A DNA stretch of 24,000 nucleotides from Bacillales bacterium. GTDB lineage: Bacteria > Bacillota_I > Bacilli_A > Izemoplasmatales > Izemoplasmataceae. The notes beneath the pieces were generated by a model that was given only the letters and a program-made list of their open reading frames with translations, ran no database searches and had not been told where the DNA came from. Of the stretch, positions 17,188 through 24,000 are shown one piece after another. The DNA lies in contig JAASSV010000002.1 in NCBI GenBank assembly GCA_021767685.1, positions 1 to 24,000 on the forward strand, in the 5' to 3' direction. The position numbers were made by a program, and so were the translations under genes. Numbering within the stretch: the first letter of the stretch is position 1; each line of letters opens with the position of its first letter.

Positions 17188-17195
17188 TGTATAAT
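17188..17195 (+). promoter_or_regulatory. Candidate -10 element, TATAAT (17190-17195) with a directly abutting TG (17188-17189), upstream of the orphan 2-TM gene
   Basis: The sequence is TGTATAAT, without the spacer base of a canonical TGnTATAAT. It lies 17 nt upstream of the ATG at 17212 and diverges from a minus-strand TGaTATAAT (17171-17163) for mnmE. Confidence 0.45.
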
Positions 17196-17211
17196 ACGAT
17201 TGGGTGATTTT

Positions 17212-17682
17212 ATGAGAACGAAACGAGATTTTAAGTACTATGTTAGAATGTATTTAATTGCATTAGTGGTTTATTTAGGATATGTTGGATTCTTGTCCTT
17301 CCAAGCTGGAGGCGTTGATTGGACGTTAGTCTTAGGAGCTGCCTATATTCCAGTTATCTTTATTTTATTTATGTATGTGTTTGATCGCTTATTTGATAAA
17401 CTCTTTCCACCGAAAGAGAAGAAACAAGCAGACGCCTTCAAAGCATTTGCAAAACAATGTACAGAAGCTGTGGATGAAGAGTTAGAATTATCACTTGAAG
17501 AGTTTCGTCGTCTTCGTGAAAATCAGAAGTTTCAAAAAGCGTTATACCATGCCTATCATATTGTAGAAAATGGAGAAACAGAAGAAATAAATTTTGTTTT
17601 CTTGGAGAAAAAATTTAGAAACGATACCAATGAAGCAAAGGCAATGGATATCATAATTGATGAAGTAAAAAAAATGATGTAA
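17212..17682 (+). CDS. Hypothetical membrane protein (2 TM helices plus a charged helical C-terminal domain)
   Basis: 156 aa from the ATG at 17212 (GGTGAtttt upstream). No recognisable motif. Confidence 0.7.
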   Translation: MRTKRDFKYYVRMYLIALVVYLGYVGFLSFQAGGVDWTLVLGAAYIPVIFILFMYVFDRLFDKLFPPKEKKQADAFKAFAKQCTEAVDEELELSLEEFRRLRENQKFQKALYHAYHIVENGETEEINFVFLEKKFRNDTNEAKAMDIIIDEVKKMM

Positions 17683-17690
17683 TTTCTTCA

Positions 17691-17720
17691 AAAGACTATC
17701 ATATATAGTCTTTTTGTTTT
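17691..17720 (+). terminator. Rho-independent terminator
   Basis: aaagactat / atagtcttt 9-bp stem, 5-nt loop, T-rich tail. Confidence 0.8.
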
Positions 17721-17751
17721 ATAATGGAGAATAGGAAAAGGAGTGGTAGAT

Positions 17752-19746
17752 ATGGCATATAAAGCACTGTATCGTACCTATCGTCCTGCAGATTTTAGTG
17801 AAATCGCTGGGCAGGAACATATCACAAGAACATTTAAAAACGCATTAAAAAATAATAAACTCGCTCATGCGTATTTATTTAGTGGACCAAGAGGAACCGG
17901 AAAAACCTCAATCGCTAAAATTATCGCTAAAGCTGTGAATTGTGAGCATGCACCAGTAGAAAATCCATGTAATGATTGTGAAATATGTAATGGTATTGAC
18001 AACAATACGATTAATGATGTTATAGAAATTGATGCCGCAAGTAATAATGGTGTCGATGAAATCCGTGAAATTCGAGATAAAGTGAAATATCTTCCTGGTA
18101 TAGGGAGATATAAAGTATATATCATTGATGAGGTTCACATGTTAAGTACTGGCGCTTTTAATGCGTTGTTAAAAACATTGGAAGAACCACCAAAACATGT
18201 CATATTCATCTTAGCAACTACCGAACCACATAAAATTCCTGCAACAATTCATTCACGCTGTCAACGCTTTGATTTCCGTGGTGTTAGTGTACCAGAGATG
18301 ATTGAACGTCTTAACACAATTATCGATGAAGAAGATATTGATATCAGCAAACAAGCGATTAAAGTTATTGCAGAAAGTGCTGAAGGGGGAATGCGTGATG
18401 CGATTAGTCTACTTGATCAAGTCGTATCTTATGCAGACCACAAGGTAACAATTGAAGATGTTCATACCATCAGAGGAACAGTCTCTAATGAGAGACTATT
18501 AGATATTGCCTTAGCAGTTTATGATAATGACTCTGTTGGAGCGATTAAGATCCTTGATGAGTTAATCGATAATGGCAAAGAATCAAAACGATTAGTCGAT
18601 AATATGATTATGTTTTATCGCGACATGTTGATATTTAAAAATACTCAAGTTGATGAAGAAAGCCAACTGATATTTAGCAATGAAACATTTATTGATTTAG
18701 CGAATAGATTAAGTAACAATTTGATTTTTTATTATATAGAAGTATTAAACAAGACACAAAATGATATGAAGTGGTCTAATAATGCGCGGCTTTATATGGA
18801 GTTAGCGTTAATCAAGATGGTTGATAAAATTGAAAAGCAAGAGATTCATTTTCAAGATGAACTCAATCAATTATCAGAACAAATTGCTGACCTAAAAGCT
18901 GAACTAGATCAACGTCAAACTGTCGTTAAAGAACGTGTTCAACCAGAAAAAGATACTGATGATACCGAGGAAGTATCCCTAGAATCAGTGATTGAATCAC
19001 AAGACGAAGACACTGATGAAGAACCAAGCTTCGAGTCAAATGACAATAACGATGAGGTAAGTAAACCAGAAGATACTTCTCAAGCAAGTTTGTTTAATGA
19101 TGCTGATAAAGAGGAAGATGAAGAGAGTCCATCACTGTTTGATGAGACGCCAGAAGATACTACAGAAAAAACAGTATCTAATGAAACAAAAGAGACAAAC
19201 ACAGATAACCAAGCAGATAAAGAAGAGGACGAAGAACCTTATCAGACATATGATATAAGATATGTTGAGCAAGTGTTAAACAATGGGAATCGCGAAGAAA
19301 AGATTGCGATGAATAAACGCTGGTTTGATATTGAACGGACTGCAACACCAGAAACAATGTCGCTAGCAAAATGGATTACCGATGGAAGAATCGTTGCGAC
19401 AAATGGTAAATTATTGATTATAGAGTATGCGAATGCATCTCTTTGTAATCGTATGATGAAACCAGATATTAAAGAGAAAATCACAGAAATGTTGTCAGAT
19501 TACTTTAATAAAGAATTGGATTATCTAGCATTACCAAAAGAGGTATGGGAAGAAAAAAGCCAAGAGTTTATTAAAAAATGGAAACAACAGCCTGATGATT
19601 ATATAAAACTATCAAAAATTGATCATCCTAAACTAAAAGAAATGCCTACCCGAAAGCAATCGCAAAATGTGATGATGCATGAAGGGGTAAAAGAGGCAAG
19701 TCAGTTATATGGAAAAGATACAGTTAAAGTAAAGAGAGGAGAATAA
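17752..19746 (+). CDS. dnaX: DNA polymerase III subunit gamma/tau
   Basis: AAA+ clamp-loader motifs GPRGTGKTS, a Zn module CxxCxxC, DEVHMLS and SRCQRF, then a long acidic linker and a tau C-terminal domain. I prefer the ATG at 17752 (AAAGGAG 8 nt upstream). Confidence 0.95.
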   Translation: MAYKALYRTYRPADFSEIAGQEHITRTFKNALKNNKLAHAYLFSGPRGTGKTSIAKIIAKAVNCEHAPVENPCNDCEICNGIDNNTINDVIEIDAASNNGVDEIREIRDKVKYLPGIGRYKVYIIDEVHMLSTGAFNALLKTLEEPPKHVIFILATTEPHKIPATIHSRCQRFDFRGVSVPEMIERLNTIIDEEDIDISKQAIKVIAESAEGGMRDAISLLDQVVSYADHKVTIEDVHTIRGTVSNERLLDIALAVYDNDSVGAIKILDELIDNGKESKRLVDNMIMFYRDMLIFKNTQVDEESQLIFSNETFIDLANRLSNNLIFYYIEVLNKTQNDMKWSNNARLYMELALIKMVDKIEKQEIHFQDELNQLSEQIADLKAELDQRQTVVKERVQPEKDTDDTEEVSLESVIESQDEDTDEEPSFESNDNNDEVSKPEDTSQASLFNDADKEEDEESPSLFDETPEDTTEKTVSNETKETNTDNQADKEEDEEPYQTYDIRYVEQVLNNGNREEKIAMNKRWFDIERTATPETMSLAKWITDGRIVATNGKLLIIEYANASLCNRMMKPDIKEKITEMLSDYFNKELDYLALPKEVWEEKSQEFIKKWKQQPDDYIKLSKIDHPKLKEMPTRKQSQNVMMHEGVKEASQLYGKDTVKVKRGE

Positions 19747-19750
19747 CATA

Positions 19751-20056
19751 ATGAATCCAGGAATGATTAAAAAATTACAAAAAATGCAAAAAGATATGGT
19801 GAAAGCACAAAAAGAACTCGAGGCATCAACATTCTACGGGTCTGCCGGAGGAAAAATGGTGACTGTTGAGTTTACAGGAGATAAACAAATGAGAAACATC
19901 TCAATTGATCCTGCAGCGATTGAGGATGTTGAAGATTTAGAGTTATTACAAGATACAATTATCGCCGCAGTAAATGATTGTATGAAAAAAATTGATGATG
20001 AGACTGAAAGTGTCATGTCTGAATTTACTGGTGGTGGACTCCCAGGAATGTTCTAG
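19751..20056 (+). CDS. ybaB: YbaB/EbfC family nucleoid-associated protein
   Basis: 101 aa with the typical N-terminal KLQKMQKDM...ELE and GGGxV.V..G pattern. Its position between dnaX and recR is conserved. Confidence 0.9.
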   Translation: MNPGMIKKLQKMQKDMVKAQKELEASTFYGSAGGKMVTVEFTGDKQMRNISIDPAAIEDVEDLELLQDTIIAAVNDCMKKIDDETESVMSEFTGGGLPGMF

Positions 20057-20065
20057 GGAGGTATC

Positions 20066-20665
20066 ATGAAGTACCCAAAAGCTATTGATTTATTAATAGA
20101 AAATTTACGGAAATATCCAGGTATAGGTAAAAAAACCGCGGAACGATATGCACTCCACACCGTAAATCAGTTATCTGATGAAGATATTGATGATATGGTA
20201 ACAGCATATCTTGCGATTAAAGAAGAGATTATTCATTGCTCAGTATGTGGCAATATTACCGATGTGGATCCTTGTCCAATTTGTACAGATGATCATCGTG
20301 ACCAATCACAAATTATCGTAGTAGAAGAAGCCAAAGATATTATCGCAATGGAAAAAGCCAATCGATATGATGGATTATATCACGTCTTAAATGGTGTTAT
20401 CTCACCAAGTGAAGGTATAGGACCAGATGATATTAATTTAAAAGAACTATTAGAGAGATGTAAAGATGGGACAGTTAAAGAACTGATCATTGCGACTAAT
20501 TTAGACAATGAAGGAGAAACGACTGCCCGCTATATTTCGCGCTTATTAGAAGATACTGATCTCTTGGTTACACGTATTGCTCATGGTATCCCAGCAGGGG
20601 GTAATATAGAGTATGCAGATGAAATTACGATCATGAAAGCTATTGAAGGAAGAAGAAAATTATAA
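20066..20665 (+). CDS. recR: Recombination protein RecR
   Basis: 199 aa; HhH (LRKYPGIGKKTAER), a C4 zinc finger (CSVCGN...CPIC) and a Toprim domain. Confidence 0.95.
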   Translation: MKYPKAIDLLIENLRKYPGIGKKTAERYALHTVNQLSDEDIDDMVTAYLAIKEEIIHCSVCGNITDVDPCPICTDDHRDQSQIIVVEEAKDIIAMEKANRYDGLYHVLNGVISPSEGIGPDDINLKELLERCKDGTVKELIIATNLDNEGETTARYISRLLEDTDLLVTRIAHGIPAGGNIEYADEITIMKAIEGRRKL

Positions 20666-20702
20666 AAAATTATCAAAATTCATAAGATTTACACATTCTT
20701 TT

Positions 20703-20711
20703 TGTTATAAT
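20703..20711 (+). promoter_or_regulatory. Extended -10 promoter (TGtTATAAT) for the small membrane protein gene
   Basis: Motif 33 nt upstream of the TTG start. Confidence 0.45.
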
Positions 20712-20743
20712 GGGCTTATAGAAAAAAGAAGAGGTGGATAAAG

Positions 20744-21010
20744 TTGAACTTATTAATCGAAGTACCGAGTTTTTTACAACCGATTTTAGATTCGCTAAAT
20801 ATTGAGGGATATATCACTCAAGGGTATGATTTCGTCATGGCATTAAGTGCAATAGAACAATTAGTTGGAGCACTAGCGCTTGCAATCATCGTTATTTTAG
20901 GAACCTTTGAATTAATTAAAAAATTATCAAAGCTTATTATCGTTGTAGCTGTATTGTTCGGACTATGGGTAATGTATAATCAAGGATTCCTTGAAGGCAT
21001 TATTGGATAA
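20744..21010 (+). CDS. Small hypothetical membrane protein (88 aa, about 2 TM helices), TTG start
   Basis: AGAGGTGGA Shine-Dalgarno site 7 nt upstream of the TTG, its own promoter-like element and its own terminator. Confidence 0.6.
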   Translation: MNLLIEVPSFLQPILDSLNIEGYITQGYDFVMALSAIEQLVGALALAIIVILGTFELIKKLSKLIIVVAVLFGLWVMYNQGFLEGIIG

Positions 21011-21046
21011 AAAAAGAGACATTCGGGAGAATTGTCTCTTTTTCTT
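21011..21046 (+). terminator. Rho-independent terminator
   Basis: aaagagaca / tgtctcttt stem, 11-nt loop, T-run. Confidence 0.75.
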
Positions 21047-21050
21047 ATTA

Positions 21051-21065
21051 TTGTAAAATTTACAA
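21051..21065. promoter_or_regulatory. Perfect palindrome TTGTAAA-a-TTTACAA, a candidate operator upstream of the ABC operon
   Basis: 7-bp arms with a 1-nt spacer, about 80 nt upstream of the putative -10 (TATAAT 21132-21137). Confidence 0.3.
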
Positions 21066-21092
21066 ATATTAACAATAGTATTATATTCATTT

Positions 21093-21104
21093 ATTTTCGA
21101 AAAT
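21093..21104. promoter_or_regulatory. Perfect 12-bp palindrome ATTTTCGAAAAT, a candidate regulator site
   Basis: Self-complementary and centred about 35-45 nt upstream of the putative -10 and transcription start. It resembles the CodY box AATTTTCWGAAAATT minus the central base. Confidence 0.3.
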
Positions 21105-21174
21105 AGTGTTTTAAATGAACCGATTATGTTGTATAATGTAATGTTAAAATGAAAATAATTTTAGGAGAGATAAA

Positions 21175-22236
21175 ATGGAAATTACACTCAAGGAAATTAC
21201 GAAAATTTTTCAGGCAAAGGATAAATCAGAAACCGTTGCCGTTAACAAACTTGATATTACGATTCCTTCTGGAAAACTAATCGGGTTATTAGGACCAAGT
21301 GGTTGTGGAAAATCAACCACATTATATATGATTGCAGGGCTTTTAACACCAAATGAAGGACGTATTTATTTTGGTGATGAGGATGTTACGGATATGGCTC
21401 CTGAAGATCGTGGGATTGGACTTGTATTCCAAAACTACGCACTATATCCTCATATGACTGTCCGTCAAAACATTATGTTTCCACTAGAAAACATTAAAGT
21501 GCCGAAACAAGAAGCATTGCAACGTGCACAGGAAATGGCTGATTTAGTTGGTATCGGTGAATTGATGAACCGTAAGCCAAAACAATTATCAGGTGGACAG
21601 CAACAACGTGTTGCGATTGCGCGAGCACTTGTTAAAAAACCACGTGTGTTATTACTAGATGAACCATTAAGTAACTTGGATGCACGACTTCGTTTAGCTA
21701 CTCGTGAAGAAATCAAACGGATTCAACGTGAAACAGGAATTACAACGATTTTTGTTACACATGACCAAGAAGAAGCAATGAGTATCAGTGATGAAATCGT
21801 ATTAATGGACTTAGGGGTTAAGCAACAAGTTGGAGAGCCTCAAGATGTGTATGATGATCCATACAACTTATTTGTTGCTAAGTTCTTAGGAACGCCACCA
21901 ATTAATATGATACCAGGAGAAATTAAAAATAACCAAGTCTTCGTCAAAGGGGCAAAAATCGGTGGCAAAGTTGCGAAGAACCAGGACGTTGTAGTCGGTA
22001 TTCGTCCAGAAGGGTTTAATATTGATCCAAAAGGATCACTTGAGTTAGAAGTCTATATGGTAGAAACAATAGGTAGAGATACAACATTAATTATTAAGAA
22101 TTTCGAGGATGAAGAAAAATCTTATCGTGTTATCGTTGATGCAAGACACCGCATTCAACCTGGCGATAAAGTAAAATTCAACATTGATGAAGATAAGTTC
22201 TACGTCTTTAATCAAGAGACCGGAGAACGGCTATAA
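21175..22236 (+). CDS. ABC transporter ATP-binding protein, MalK/MsmX/UgpC type (carbohydrate uptake)
   Basis: Walker A GPSGCGKST, signature LSGGQQQRV, Walker B LLLDEPLS, and a C-terminal regulatory/TOBE-like domain. Confidence 0.95.
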   Translation: MEITLKEITKIFQAKDKSETVAVNKLDITIPSGKLIGLLGPSGCGKSTTLYMIAGLLTPNEGRIYFGDEDVTDMAPEDRGIGLVFQNYALYPHMTVRQNIMFPLENIKVPKQEALQRAQEMADLVGIGELMNRKPKQLSGGQQQRVAIARALVKKPRVLLLDEPLSNLDARLRLATREEIKRIQRETGITTIFVTHDQEEAMSISDEIVLMDLGVKQQVGEPQDVYDDPYNLFVAKFLGTPPINMIPGEIKNNQVFVKGAKIGGKVAKNQDVVVGIRPEGFNIDPKGSLELEVYMVETIGRDTTLIIKNFEDEEKSYRVIVDARHRIQPGDKVKFNIDEDKFYVFNQETGERL

Positions 22237-23153
22237 TGCTCGAAAAACAGAGTAATTTAAAAGCCTTATTCTACCTTGCACCGGCAATGGTGTTGCTCAG
22301 TGTTTTTACCTTCTATCCTTTATTTAATGCATTCTTTCTAGCATTTCTAAAAGATTATGAGTTTTTACTTAGAAGTGCGAGAGGATTTACCATCTTAGGA
22401 AACTTTAAAAACGTTATTACCGATCCTGACTTTGGGATTGCGATGAAAAATACAAGTATCATAACCTTTATCAGTGTGCCAATCAGTGTTATTGTTGCCT
22501 TATTAATTAGTGTGGCACTTAACTCGGTTAAGAAGTTGCAAGGTGCGTTTCAAACCATCTTCTTCTTACCATATGTTACTAACGCGATTGCGATTGGGAT
22601 GGCGTTTGCCTTCATTTTCCATGCTGATTATGGATTATTAAATACAATTCTCGGTTGGTTTGGGATTAATCCGATTAACTGGGTTGGGTTAAACGCATCA
22701 TGGAGTAATGCAATGTTTGCTTTGCTTGTCTACACTGTATGGGGTGGACTCGCGTTTAAGATTATGGTTTTCTTGAGTGGATTACAAAGTATTGATAAAC
22801 AATATTATGATGCGGCAAGAGTCGATGCTACACCACGTCGTCGTGTATTAACAAGAATCACGATACCACTCTTATCGCCAATGATTTTCTATATTACTGT
22901 AACGTCGTTCATCGGTGCATTTAAAGCATATCGAACGATTATTGGTATGTTTGGTGAAACGTTACGGCCACCAGGAACGTTATCAAAGGATTCGTTGATT
23001 ACAATTGTAGGATTAGTGTACGATGCCTTAGCACATGCGGATGCGACAGGTAAAATGAGTGAAGCAGCTGCTGCCTCAATCATTTTATTCAGCATCACGA
23101 TGATCTTCACACTAATTCAGATGCAAATTAGTAAACGACGGGTACACTTCTAG
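22236..23153 (+). CDS. Carbohydrate ABC transporter permease (MalF/UgpA-like)
   Basis: 305 aa, about 6 TM helices, EAA-loop region YDAARVDATPRRRVLTRITIPLLSP. Start overlaps the ATPase stop (ATAATG). Confidence 0.9.
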   Translation: MLEKQSNLKALFYLAPAMVLLSVFTFYPLFNAFFLAFLKDYEFLLRSARGFTILGNFKNVITDPDFGIAMKNTSIITFISVPISVIVALLISVALNSVKKLQGAFQTIFFLPYVTNAIAIGMAFAFIFHADYGLLNTILGWFGINPINWVGLNASWSNAMFALLVYTVWGGLAFKIMVFLSGLQSIDKQYYDAARVDATPRRRVLTRITIPLLSPMIFYITVTSFIGAFKAYRTIIGMFGETLRPPGTLSKDSLITIVGLVYDALAHADATGKMSEAAAASIILFSITMIFTLIQMQISKRRVHF

Positions 23154-23165
23154 GAGGCGATCAAT

Positions 23166-24000
23166 ATGGAAAATAATACAATGAATAGAACACGTATCCG
23201 TACTATTATATTTAAAGTATTTGTTTACTCATTCTTAGTTGGGTTTGCCATCTTCGTACTGATTCCATTTTATTGGATGGTATTAACGTCATTTAAGAGT
23301 TTTGAGCAAGTAAGAACAGAAGTTCCACCGAGTTTATTTATCGGATTTAAAGACTTACGTCTTATTGAAAACTATGCATCAGCATGGACAGCAGCACCAT
23401 ATTGGGAATATATGTTAAGAACCGTTACGGTTGCCGCAATTTCAACTGTTGGAACCATCTTTACAACCATCTTTGCTGCCTTTGCCTTTGCAAGATTAAA
23501 CTTTAAAGGGCGAGACTTATTGTTCTTAGCGTTAATTTCAACAATGATGATCCCAGGTGAGATGTTTGTCATCACAAACTATATTACCGTATCTAACTTA
23601 GGATGGTATACACCACTTGGACAAACACAGTTTGAAGCGATGTTGGCATTAACAATGCCATTTATGACAAGTGTATTCTACTTGTTCTTCTTACGCCAAG
23701 CATTCAAACAAATACCAGATGAATTATATTTAGCAGCTAAAGTTGATGGGACAAGCGATTGGAAATACTTATGGAAAATCATGGTACCAATTGCCTCGCC
23801 AACCATTATCACCATCATTATCTTAAATGCGATGGGAACATGGAGTGCTTATATCTGGCCAAAACTTGTTGCCGCAGAGTATCCATTAGTTACCAACGGG
23901 TTACGAGAAGCATATCAAGACTTCTTCGGTATGGTTAACTACAGTCAACAGATGGCAGCAGCATTAATTGTTACATTACCACTCTTAATTGTTTTCTTAT
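23166..24000 (+). CDS. Carbohydrate ABC transporter permease (MalG/UgpE-like), 3' end outside the window
   Basis: Not in the ORF track because it runs off the end. ATG at 23166 follows TAGGAGG. My translation stays open to 24000 and contains the EAA loop LAAKVDGTSDWKYLWKIMVPIASP. Confidence 0.9.
   Translation, partial: MENNTMNRTRIRTIIFKVFVYSFLVGFAIFVLIPFYWMVLTSFKSFEQVRTEVPPSLFIGFKDLRLIENYASAWTAAPYWEYMLRTVTVAAISTVGTIFTTIFAAFAFARLNFKGRDLLFLALISTMMIPGEMFVITNYITVSNLGWYTPLGQTQFEAMLALTMPFMTSVFYLFFLRQAFKQIPDELYLAAKVDGTSDWKYLWKIMVPIASPTIITIIILNAMGTWSAYIWPKLVAAEYPLVTNGLREAYQDFFGMVNYSQQMAAALIVTLPLLIVFL

Noticed and set aside
19553-19559. AAAAAAG run in dnaX, as a possible programmed -1 frameshift site like the E. 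coli gamma/tau signal.
   Set aside because: The heptamer is not in the X XXY YYZ register of the dnaX frame (the codons are GAA AAA AGC). It lies only about 60 codons from the stop, beyond the tau C-terminal domain, and has no downstream hairpin. It could not generate a gamma-like product.
20744-21010. The 88-aa 2-TM protein downstream of recR, as a BofA homologue (bofA follows recR-yaaL in B. subtilis and is about 87 aa).
   Set aside because: Only position and size match. The sequence shows no resemblance by eye to the glycine-rich BofA C-terminal pattern, and nothing else in the window indicates a sporulation programme. It is kept as a hypothetical membrane protein.
1-24000. Window-wide look for CRISPR arrays, IS or transposon ends, integrases, tRNA/rRNA genes and defence-system hallmarks.
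   Set aside because: I found no regularly spaced direct repeats, no transposase-, integrase- or nuclease-NTPase-type ORFs, and no cloverleaf-like GC-rich segments in the intergenic regions. The intergenic space is accounted for by promoters, terminators and one T-box.

Overview
AT-rich (about one-third GC by eye) bacterial chromosomal window using the standard genetic code: TGA is used as a stop, Trp is TGG, and Shine-Dalgarno sites are strong GGAGG/GGTGA types. It is densely packed with housekeeping genes. Two blocks are syntenic with Bacillus-type chromosomes: rnmV-rsmA(ksgA)-ispE...spoVG...prs, and dnaX-ybaB-recR. Gene order is: 3' end of an M17 leucyl aminopeptidase; HIT and HAD hydrolases (minus strand); pta; a DagK/YegS-type lipid kinase; an aldo/keto reductase with a C-terminal 2x[4Fe-4S] domain; rnmV; rsmA; ispE; spoVG; prs; rmuC; an Asn-specific T-box leader plus asnS; a Gate-domain membrane protein; a minus-strand four-gene membrane cassette (orphan 127-aa protein, NfeD, RDD, SPFH/stomatin); a TtcA-like PP-loop enzyme convergent with mnmE; an orphan 2-TM protein; dnaX-ybaB-recR; a small 2-TM protein; and a sugar-type ABC transporter (ATPase, permease, and a second permease running off the window end). 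Content and signals suggest a low-GC Bacillota or a wall-less relative (Acholeplasma- or Erysipelotrichia-like), but I cannot confirm this without a database search. I found no rRNA or tRNA genes, CRISPR arrays, transposases, integrases or recognisable defence genes. I do not see compelling evidence for a novel system. The best candidates for follow-up are the orphan-NfeD-RDD-SPFH cassette, the acidic DnaX linker carrying two clamp-binding-like SLF motifs, and several operator-like palindromes. All functional calls rest on motifs and family resemblance recognised by eye in the supplied translations; no homology search was run.
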